From Gemmatimonadota bacterium (GTDB lineage Bacteria > Gemmatimonadota > Gemmatimonadetes > JACCXV01 > JAHWKZ01): a stretch of 37,371 nt of DNA. Position 1 is the first letter of the stretch. Every line of letters begins with the position of its first letter. The DNA lies in assembly GCA_039591175.1 (NCBI GenBank), contig JBDHED010000002.1, forward strand, positions 1 through 37,371. Reading direction: 5' to 3'. The position numbers were made by a program, and so were the translations under genes. The notes beneath the pieces are model-generated. The model was given only the letters and a program-made list of their open reading frames with translations, made no database searches and was not told where the DNA came from. Shown here in pieces: positions 8,285 through 15,460 of this stretch.

Positions 8285-9024
8285 AGGACCTGGTCGACCA
8301 GTTTCGGCTCGCTCGTAGCGATCAAAGCCTCGCTGTTCTCGAAGGGTTTCATCCCGTCAAGCACGCGATCCGTTTTGGGGCCGAGTTGACGACGATCGCG
8401 ATCGGTGATCCCGATGCGGTCGACGAGCTGTCGACCACGCTGGCGCCAGACGTGGTCGATTTTTTGATGGCGGAGTCGACAGTGGTTGACGGCGATGTAT
8501 TTGACCTGTTGGCGCCGACACCGCCGGTGACGTCGATCGTTGCTATCGCTCGCCGAAGGGTAGCCGCGTCAGCCGAAGTGTTGGCGCAACCGGGTCGGGT
8601 CGTGCTGCTCGAAAACCCCTCACGGCTCGGCAACTTGGGCGCCGCCGTCCGGGTCGCCGCAGCCGCCGAAGCGGCGGGTGTCATCGCTGTCGGGCCCCAC
8701 GACCCGTGGCACCCGGAGGCGCTGCGGGGTGGGGCCGGCCTGCAGTTCGCGCTGCCGGTCGCGCGAGTGGACGTCCTTCCTGACACCGATCGATCGATTG
8801 TCGCGCTCGACCCCGACGGTCAGCCGTTGGGTACCGCCACCATACCGGACGACGCGATCCTGGCCTTTGGGTCGGAGCGCAGCGGTCTGAGCGATAAACT
8901 CCTCGGACGAGCAGATCAGCGTGTCGCGATCCCCATGCGAGACGGTGTTTCGAGCCTCAACCTCGCGACGAGCGTGGCGGTTGTTCTCTACACTTTCGCA
9001 TCGCGCCCCGCCGTTGGTCACTAG
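8281..9024 (+). CDS. TrmH/SpoU family RNA 2'-O-methyltransferase
   Basis: SPOUT motifs LLENPSRLGNLGAAVR, LAFGSERSGLS and IPMRDGVSSLNLATSVAVVLY. The TTG at 8281 overlaps the upstream TGA (TTGA). The track start at 8206 would overlap the previous gene by 79 nt. Confidence 0.8.
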   Translation: MKDLVDQFRLARSDQSLAVLEGFHPVKHAIRFGAELTTIAIGDPDAVDELSTTLAPDVVDFLMAESTVVDGDVFDLLAPTPPVTSIVAIARRRVAASAEVLAQPGRVVLLENPSRLGNLGAAVRVAAAAEAAGVIAVGPHDPWHPEALRGGAGLQFALPVARVDVLPDTDRSIVALDPDGQPLGTATIPDDAILAFGSERSGLSDKLLGRADQRVAIPMRDGVSSLNLATSVAVVLYTFASRPAVGH

Positions 9025-9617
9025 CGGGATTTTAAGAACCCCTGCAGGAGACCCTTGCCAAGTTTGGCGATGTCGTCGCTGATATCTCCGTCGCCATCGG
9101 AATCCAGCAACCGGCCGAGCCCCGCTGCCGGAGCATCCTGTTGCTCGATGTGCTTGCGTTCACCAGCCAACAGCTCAGCCAATCCGGCCGAGTCCAGTCC
9201 TCGTTGGCGCTGATTGCGTCCGATCATCCCCATGACAACGGGAGCCAGAACGGTGAGCAGCTTCGTAGCGTTAGCCATGTCAAGACCGCTCGCCTTGCTG
9301 ACTCCACGTTCGACCGCTGCCTGACGGTCGCCAAACGCATGACGAAGGATGCCGCTGCCGTCATCGAGGTTTGGCGCCCCAATGTACTCGGCGAGGTCGT
9401 CCAACAGGCTTCCATCGTGGTCCTTGGATACCGCACGATGCAGAGCTTCGGCGCCTTGGGTGTTGTTGGAGTTTCGGGCCAATGCGCCGAGCAGCAGCGG
9501 CAGTGCGGCCGCGATCGCGGTCTGAGTCGTCTGTTGGTTGGTGCCTAACGATTTGCCGATGTCGTTCGAAACGCTACCGGCTAGCTGCTGCATCAGAATA
9601 TCAACGATTGAGCTCAA
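9021..9617 (-). CDS. DUF937 domain protein
   Basis: The N-terminus (ILMQQLAG..IGKSLG..QQTTQTAIAAALPLLLGALARN) and the repeated helical module are typical of DUF937. There is a C-terminal DSDGDGDISDD loop. Confidence 0.7.
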   Translation of the reverse strand: MSSIVDILMQQLAGSVSNDIGKSLGTNQQTTQTAIAAALPLLLGALARNSNNTQGAEALHRAVSKDHDGSLLDDLAEYIGAPNLDDGSGILRHAFGDRQAAVERGVSKASGLDMANATKLLTVLAPVVMGMIGRNQRQRGLDSAGLAELLAGERKHIEQQDAPAAGLGRLLDSDGDGDISDDIAKLGKGLLQGFLKSR

Positions 9618-9782
9618 GGGGCTGCCTCCATAGTATGCGTGAGGAAGAAACAGCTAGGGCGTTGATTTTGCAGGCACCCAAGCCATCCGTCAAGAGCCGT
9701 TCGCCGGTTACGTCTCCTGTGGATACCTTTGAAGTGTCGGCCATTCCCATATCTGCGGCACTCTAATTGTTGGGGGATCCCT

Positions 9783-10250
9783 ATGAGCAAGTGGAAGAGG
9801 CACTCTGTTCTGGGACTGGCGGTACTGTTGGCGGTCGCTTGCTCGAAGAGCGAAACGGAGAGCGACGCCGCCGCCCCGGGCAGCGATCAGACCGAGATCA
9901 GCGGTAACCGCTCGGGTAGAACGGATGTCGCGCTATCCAGCGCGGGAGAAGCTATCGAGAACTACCTCAACGGCTTGGAGGAATTGGTCGAGATTGCTCG
10001 CAACACGACTGACGAAGCCAGCGCCAATGAGAACGCACCGATTTTTGAACAAAAGGCGAGGGAGTTAAACGAGCTTGGCGAGGCTATGAGCGGCATCGAT
10101 CCGGCGGAGCTGCGAAGCGAGTTCATGGACGAACACTCTAAGGTCACCCAATTGACCGCCGAGCTCGGCAAGGAAATGGTGCGAATCTCCACTGACCCGG
10201 AGCTCGTCATGATCATGTCGAATGCCATGCGCGCCTATCGAGGTCAGTAG
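9783..10250 (+). CDS. Hypothetical helical lipoprotein
   Basis: RBS GGGGGA. Signal peptide with lipobox LAVAC|S. Start chosen at ATG 9783 within track ORF 9729..10250. Confidence 0.65.
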   Translation: MSKWKRHSVLGLAVLLAVACSKSETESDAAAPGSDQTEISGNRSGRTDVALSSAGEAIENYLNGLEELVEIARNTTDEASANENAPIFEQKARELNELGEAMSGIDPAELRSEFMDEHSKVTQLTAELGKEMVRISTDPELVMIMSNAMRAYRGQ

Positions 10251-10256
10251 ATCGAG

Positions 10257-10610
10257 ATGGATCTGATCACTAAGAGTCTCGACTCGCCGGACGAGAAGCG
10301 TGCGTTCGAGAAGGGGACTTTTGAGGTAGTGACAGTCGGAGGGTTCACCGTCGGGCGAGCCACGTATCAACCGGGCTGGAAATGGTCGCAACACGTTGGC
10401 CCCGACCTGGGTCAGACAACTTGCAACGTTGCTCATGTGGTGCTGGGTGTTAGCGGGTGCGCCAAGGTTCGTATGGACGATGGTGCCGAGTTTGAGATCA
10501 CACCCGGAGTTCTGTGCGCGATTCCTCCAGGACACGACAGTTGGGTCGAAGGGGATGAGCCGTATGTGTCGCTTCACTTCATGGGCGCTGAGGAGTATGC
10601 CCGTGGCTAG
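10257..10610 (+). CDS. Cupin domain protein
   Basis: 117 aa, small beta-barrel cupin_2-like pattern (..GRATYQPGWKWSQHVGP..AHVVLG..IPPGHDSWV..). It starts 6 nt after the previous gene. Confidence 0.65.
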   Translation: MDLITKSLDSPDEKRAFEKGTFEVVTVGGFTVGRATYQPGWKWSQHVGPDLGQTTCNVAHVVLGVSGCAKVRMDDGAEFEITPGVLCAIPPGHDSWVEGDEPYVSLHFMGAEEYARG

Positions 10611-10617
10611 TGCCTAG

Positions 10618-11082
10618 ATGAATGCCGACCAGGCACTGCGCGTTTCCCGGATTCTGGCGATGTCGCTCTTGCTGGGCGTGCTCTTGTTCGCAGGGGTTGT
10701 CTACGCGCTGACGGGATCCGGTTCCGCGATCGATGGGGGCGAGGGGGACTGGCAGTTCCTCGTCAAGATATGGTACGGCGCGGCCGCGGTCTTGGCGGCG
10801 GCATGGTATCTATTCTGGCGCAAGGCGACGTGCCATACTGACTCACCGGTGTCGCGCCCGGTGACCGGAGGGCCTGAGCGAGTGATTCGTCTGCTCATTG
10901 TTGCGTGGGCGATGCTCGAAGGGGCGGCGCTTCTCGGCGTCACGGTTGGGCTGCTGACGGGACAAAGGAGCATGTTGGTTGCCGCGGTCGTACTGATGCT
11001 GGCCGGGATGGCGTTTTCTTTCCCGCGCGCGGAGTGGTTCGCGTCCTTTCGAGGAAACGGAGCCCATGCGAACCGCTCCTAG
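10618..11082 (+). CDS. Hypothetical integral membrane protein (about 4 TM)
   Basis: Hydrophobic segments. It starts 7 nt after the cupin gene. I recognise no family. Confidence 0.55.
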   Translation: MNADQALRVSRILAMSLLLGVLLFAGVVYALTGSGSAIDGGEGDWQFLVKIWYGAAAVLAAAWYLFWRKATCHTDSPVSRPVTGGPERVIRLLIVAWAMLEGAALLGVTVGLLTGQRSMLVAAVVLMLAGMAFSFPRAEWFASFRGNGAHANRS

Positions 11083-11091
11083 CTTGAATGG

Positions 11092-11406
11092 TCATGTGCG
11101 CCGATCGCGCCGATCCTCCCGCCGGTCGCGAACGTCTTCGCGTCGATCGCGACGTTTCTCACGCCGATCGAAATAGTCTTCGCGTCGGTCGATCCGGTCT
11201 TCGATGTGATCACGCGCTCCGCCGTCGTGTCGTCGGTCCCGCCGGTCCTCACGCCGATCTCTGACGTCTTCGCGTCGATCCCAGAAATCTTCGATTCTAT
11301 CGCCGGGGTTGTCGATGACGACCTGGTCGTCGTCCTGTGCGCGAGCCGGGGCGCCAAGCAGCACTGCTGCCGCAGCGGCCAGGACCATCGTTCTCAATCG
11401 AAACAC
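11092..11406 (-). CDS. Secreted Asp/Arg/Glu-rich repeat protein
   Basis: GGAGG lies 4 nt upstream of the GTG start. Signal peptide ..LLGAPARA|QDD. The mature part is made of degenerate DRREDxRDRRED units. Confidence 0.65.
   Translation of the reverse strand: MFRLRTMVLAAAAAVLLGAPARAQDDDQVVIDNPGDRIEDFWDRREDVRDRREDRRDRRHDGGARDHIEDRIDRREDYFDRREKRRDRREDVRDRREDRRDRRT
11100..11300. repeat. Degenerate short tandem repeats (12-15 nt units) underlying the DR-repeat CDS
   Basis: The motif GTCTTCGCGTCG(A/G)TC and variants recur at about 11133, 11176 and 11266, interspersed with CGCCGATC and CGCCGGTC units. Confidence 0.6.
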
Positions 11407-11475
11407 TCTGCCTCCTCTATCCGTGTCCTGTCAGACCTTCCGTCTACAGAGTCGGACGAAGGAGGGGCGCAAATG

Positions 11476-11979
11476 TTAAGTCGGCTCGGAAAGCTCGAGC
11501 GTCATCCGGATATTGGAACGCTCGTACTCGTCGCCTTCGCCTAGGCGGGTCGTCTCAAATCCGTACTTCTCGTACAGCTTGATGGCTTTCCCCAGGACGG
11601 TGTTGGATTCGAGGAAGATCTGTTTTGCACGGCGCTCCCTGGCCCAGGCGATCATCGCATCCATCAAGAGGTTCCCCAAACCCTGCCCTTGAGCTGACGG
11701 GTGAACCGCCATCTTGGATAGCTCGTAGACTCGGTCATCGTGTTGGATGAGCGCGCACGTTCCTACGGCGTTGCCGTCTGTCAGGGCGAAGAAAACCTCC
11801 CCACCCCGGTCAACGATCGTGCCCTTGGGATCGCTCAACACCTGACGGTCGATGTCCTCGACCCAGAAGTGCTCTTCGATCCAGTCGAGATTGAGCGACT
11901 CGAATGCCGGTTGAAACTCGTCACGGTAGGTGATGATCTGAAAGCCTCTTGGAAACTGTGCGGTCGTGGAAGGGGTCAT
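11476..11979 (-). CDS. GNAT family N-acetyltransferase
   Basis: Acetyl-CoA binding motif QGQGLGNLLMDAMIAWA. I prefer ATG 11979 (167 aa, a typical GNAT size) over the TTG at 12060. Confidence 0.8.
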   Translation of the reverse strand: MTPSTTAQFPRGFQIITYRDEFQPAFESLNLDWIEEHFWVEDIDRQVLSDPKGTIVDRGGEVFFALTDGNAVGTCALIQHDDRVYELSKMAVHPSAQGQGLGNLLMDAMIAWARERRAKQIFLESNTVLGKAIKLYEKYGFETTRLGEGDEYERSNIRMTLELSEPT

Positions 11980-12081
11980 GACGAAAAGGTATCCTTCATT
12001 CGGATCGTGGCAAAAGCACCGGCCAAGCTCCGCGGGGCGCGTTAGGTTGATCTTCGTCAAACCTCAAGCAGGAGTAAGCCC

Positions 12082-12438
12082 ATGCCCATCCAGATGCGAT
12101 CTCGCACCATGTTGTTGGTCGTTGTTGTCGCCGCAGGCGCTGCTCTCGCTTCGGCGTGCCGTGGCACCATGTCGATCCAATCCTTGCTAGATGATCCTGG
12201 TCGCTACGAAGGCGAAACCGTTCGCGTGAAGGGTGAAGTGACCCGTGCCTTTGGTGCTTTGGGTCAGGGTGCCTACCGAATCAACGACGGTACAGGAACG
12301 ATGAACGTGGTGAGTCGGGAGTTGGGGGCTCCGCGGGAAGGCGCTGAGGTCGGTGTTGAGGGGACGTTTAGATCGGTGTTTACGTTCGGTGACGAGTCAG
12401 GCGCGGTTATTCTGGAGAAAGACCGTTTCGATCCCTGA
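12082..12438 (+). CDS. Small lipoprotein with an OB-fold-like domain
   Basis: RBS AGGAG 8 nt upstream. Lipobox LASAC|R. The pattern GETVRVKGEV..NDGTG is like BOF/OB-fold periplasmic proteins. Confidence 0.6.
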   Translation: MPIQMRSRTMLLVVVVAAGAALASACRGTMSIQSLLDDPGRYEGETVRVKGEVTRAFGALGQGAYRINDGTGTMNVVSRELGAPREGAEVGVEGTFRSVFTFGDESGAVILEKDRFDP

Positions 12439-13159
12439 GCGTCGAGACCACGCGACGAGCTGTTTCGAGTCGTTCTGGGTTGCCAATCTCGAGCCATAAC
12501 GCCGTGCTGACATCGTGCGGTAGGATACGATACCCCGTCCGGGCGAGTCGAAGATAGACGGGGATTATCGAGAACGCGCCGCGCTCACTGATCAAGTCGA
12601 AGATCTGCGGCGAAAGAACGTGAACCCCTGCGAACGGAATCGCGTGCTTCTCACCGCGCGCCTCGCGCGACGTTTTCGACTCGCCGGTTGATAGGTTAGC
12701 CCACCCGTACAGACCCCGATCGTCAAAAAGCAGACATCGAGCTGTCTCGCGGTGGTTGACTGCCAGCGTGGCCAACCGGTCGTCGGTGCGGTGAGCGTCG
12801 CTCATCGCCGCGAGATCGAGATCGGTGATGATATCGCCGTTGTACAGCACGAAGGGCTCGTCGCGCCGAAAAAGCGATGTTGCGTTTAACAAGCCACCCC
12901 CGGTTCCCAACGGTTGGTCGGGCTCGGCCGACAGCAGGATTTCCACTCCAAGGTCTTCTCGATCGAAGACGAAACGCTCTATCTGGTCGGCGTGATGATG
13001 GGTGTTGACGATGATACGATCGACCCCGGCTGCGGTCAGGTAACGGATGATTCGTTCGAGTATCGGAACGCCATCGACTTCGATCAGCACCTTTGGCATG
13101 TCGTCGGTAAACGGTCTCAGGCGGGTGCCGAGCCCGGCGGCGAGTACCATGGCGTCCAC
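12407..13159 (-). CDS. murU: Sugar-1-phosphate nucleotidyltransferase, MurU-like (N-acetylmuramate alpha-1-phosphate uridylyltransferase family)
   Basis: N-terminal motif LAAGLGTRLRPFTDDMPKVL. 250 aa. It lies immediately downstream of an AmgK-type kinase (6-nt gap). Confidence 0.7.
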   Translation of the reverse strand: MDAMVLAAGLGTRLRPFTDDMPKVLIEVDGVPILERIIRYLTAAGVDRIIVNTHHHADQIERFVFDREDLGVEILLSAEPDQPLGTGGGLLNATSLFRRDEPFVLYNGDIITDLDLAAMSDAHRTDDRLATLAVNHRETARCLLFDDRGLYGWANLSTGESKTSREARGEKHAIPFAGVHVLSPQIFDLISERGAFSIIPVYLRLARTGYRILPHDVSTALWLEIGNPERLETARRVVSTLRDRNGLSPE

Positions 13160-13164
13160 GAGCT

Positions 13165-14616
13165 CTAGCCCGCCGGAGTCGCTGCGACCCGCGGCCAGCT
13201 CGGCTCCTCGCGGTGGAGGAGTCGAACCCGAATTGCCGGGAACCGGACCTCGAGATGTTCCGCCATTTTCTCAGCCAGATACACCGAGCGGTGTTGTCCT
13301 CCCGTGCACCCAAAAGAGACGCTCAGGCTGGTGAAGCCCCGCTGCTCGTAGGCCTCGACATGGGCTTCGGTCAACGAGCGAGCGTTCTCCCAGAATGGCC
13401 CGAGCTCGCTGAGGCCGGCGATGTAGTCGGCGACTTCCGGATCGCGCCCGGTGAGCGCGACGTACTCCGGCAAACGACCCGGGTTTGTCAATCCCCGGCA
13501 GTCGAATACGAATCCTCCTCCGTGACCACCTAGATCTTGGGGATAACCGCGTCGATAGCTGAAGCTGTACACGTACACTGTGAGCCGAGAACTGTCCGGC
13601 TCGCTGCTGGCGTCACCCCACTCGGCGATGATGCTGCGCAAGACCCGCTCCATCTCCGGTAGTGGGACCGGCATGCCCTCATTCAGGATTCGTTCGATGT
13701 TTCGCGCCGCGTAGGGAACGCTCTGGAGAAAGCGCGGCTTGCGCTCGAAGAAACCACGGTAACCGTATGCTCCCAACGCCTGAAGGACCCGTACTAGCAC
13801 GTACCCATGATATCGCTCGAGGAATGCGGCTCGATCGAAATCGAGGTGTTGCCCCAGGGACGATAGGTAATGGTCCAGCAGCTCGGCCCGAACGGTCTCG
13901 GGGATGTCGGCTTTGGCGTCGTAGAGCAACGAGGCGATGTCGTATTGCAGCGCGCCACGACGGCCTCCCTGATAGTCGATAAACCACGGCTCGCCATCGC
14001 GAAGCATGATGTTTTGCGACTGAAAGTCGCGATACAGAAAGTGCTCGGTGTCGGCGGTGAGTAGGTACGTTGCCAATGCATCAAAGTCGTTCTCGAGCTT
14101 GGCTTCGTTGAATGGTATTTGCGCCAGCTTCAGAAAATGATACTTGAAGTAGTTGAGATCCCAGATGATCGATTGTTGGTCGAACGCGGCCCGCGGGTAA
14201 GCCACCGAATAGTCGACGATGTCGTCGCCGTCGACCTGGAAGCGCGGGAGGATCTCCACTACGCGGCGATATGCATCGAGGATCGCAGGGTCGAACTCAT
14301 GACCGCCCTCGCGGGCCTCCTGACGGGCTCGGAATAGCGTCGTATCGCCCAGGTCTTCGATCAGCCAGACGCCAGCCTCCTCATCATCGCCATAGAGCTC
14401 GGGCACCGGGAAACCAGCCCGGTTGAAGGCTCGCGAGAACGAGAGGAAGGCTCGGTTCTCTTCGTGGTCAGGTCCAAGCGCGCCGATCGCGGTACGCCCG
14501 TCGGGCGCCACCAATCGGTGATAGGTCCTCTCCGAACCGTCTGCCGCCACCGGCAGTACGGCCTCGGGTCGGGCACCGAAGTGGTTCTCGAAGAGAGTTA
14601 TGAGTCGGGTCTGCAT
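13165..14616 (-). CDS. Fusion protein: AmgK-like anomeric amino-sugar kinase (APH fold) plus RapZ C-terminal domain
   Basis: N-terminal roughly 330 aa: APH/AmgK motifs YRDFQSQNIML and FIDYQGGRRGALQYDIASLLYD. C-terminal roughly 140 aa: RapZ-CTD motifs SFSYRRGYP, FVFDCRGLTNPGR, LTGRDPEVADYI and FGCTGGQHRSVYLAEKMAEHL. Confidence 0.8.
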   Translation of the reverse strand: MQTRLITLFENHFGARPEAVLPVAADGSERTYHRLVAPDGRTAIGALGPDHEENRAFLSFSRAFNRAGFPVPELYGDDEEAGVWLIEDLGDTTLFRARQEAREGGHEFDPAILDAYRRVVEILPRFQVDGDDIVDYSVAYPRAAFDQQSIIWDLNYFKYHFLKLAQIPFNEAKLENDFDALATYLLTADTEHFLYRDFQSQNIMLRDGEPWFIDYQGGRRGALQYDIASLLYDAKADIPETVRAELLDHYLSSLGQHLDFDRAAFLERYHGYVLVRVLQALGAYGYRGFFERKPRFLQSVPYAARNIERILNEGMPVPLPEMERVLRSIIAEWGDASSEPDSSRLTVYVYSFSYRRGYPQDLGGHGGGFVFDCRGLTNPGRLPEYVALTGRDPEVADYIAGLSELGPFWENARSLTEAHVEAYEQRGFTSLSVSFGCTGGQHRSVYLAEKMAEHLEVRFPAIRVRLLHREEPSWPRVAATPAG

Positions 14617-14682
14617 TAGCGATCGATCAAAGGGGCCCCCTAAAACCCGAGAGGCCTCTCCGACACAACAGTGGCTCGCTTT

Positions 14683-15150
14683 CTACGCGGGTGGGATTCG
14701 CAGCACCTGACCGGGGTAGACGAGGTCCGGGTCGGTCAGCATCGGCTTGTTGGCTTCGAAGATCTTGCTGTACTGCATCGCATCACCATAGTGCGCTTTG
14801 GAGATCTTGGAGAGCGTGTCTCCCTTGACAACCGTATACATCGCAGCCTCCGGCTCGGGGGCCACGACTTGGATGCGGTCATCGACCTTTGCCACGCCGC
14901 TGCTGTTACCGACGGCCAGGATCACCTTTTCGCGTTCGGCATTCGTCTCGGTTGTGCCGTGAATCGTTGCAACGCTGTCATCGAAATCGATCCGGAGGTC
15001 CTTGATGTCGAGGCCTAGGCGAACCACCAGATGCGTGAGCTTGCTGGCTATGCCGCGCTCTTCGGCCGCTTCCTCGCGTGCCTCTTTGTCCTTGTCCTTG
15101 ATGACGCCGATCGCCTCACCAGCTTCTTTTACGAAGTCGAAGATGCCCAA
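14683..15150 (-). CDS. kbp: BON-LysM potassium-binding protein Kbp (YgaU)
   Basis: Near full-length resemblance to E. coli YgaU: MGIFDFVKEAGE.., ILAVGN..GVAKVDD, YTVVKGDTLSKISK, KIFEANKPML and IYPGQVLRIP-type motifs. RBS AAGGAG. Confidence 0.9.
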   Translation of the reverse strand: MGIFDFVKEAGEAIGVIKDKDKEAREEAAEERGIASKLTHLVVRLGLDIKDLRIDFDDSVATIHGTTETNAEREKVILAVGNSSGVAKVDDRIQVVAPEPEAAMYTVVKGDTLSKISKAHYGDAMQYSKIFEANKPMLTDPDLVYPGQVLRIPPA

Positions 15151-15460
15151 TGTCTGCTCCTTGTTGCGTGATTTGGGGTTCTGACCCTACAGATAGCGCA
15201 AAACCTAGCGGGTCCGTTACAGGGCTACCAATCCCCGCCGGCCGATGATAAGTTTCCAGCGTGAAAAACGTGCAAGATACCCTCTCCCCAGGCCGAACCT
15301 TCCTCCCCACGGAAGCACGTCCGGCGATCTTTGCGCCCCCGAACGTGGGCCAAGGCGCGGCGCCCACGAGCACGCCAGCGTAGCTCGACTACCCCTTACG
15401 CTGGCCGCCGCCGCGATTCGTCCGTTGCGTTTGGTCCAACTCAGCTAGCGGAGGGCGATA

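Noticed and set aside
13205-13290. tRNA-like T-arm string (GGAGTCGAACCC) on the plus strand
   Set aside because: No matching acceptor or T-stem pairing can be drawn. The segment encodes the conserved RapZ-CTD end (HRSVYLAEKMAEHLEVRF..) on the minus strand.
15151-15460. Lysine riboswitch upstream of lat
   Set aside because: I could not find the conserved L-box core elements by eye, only a simple hairpin. This needs a covariance-model scan to be certain.
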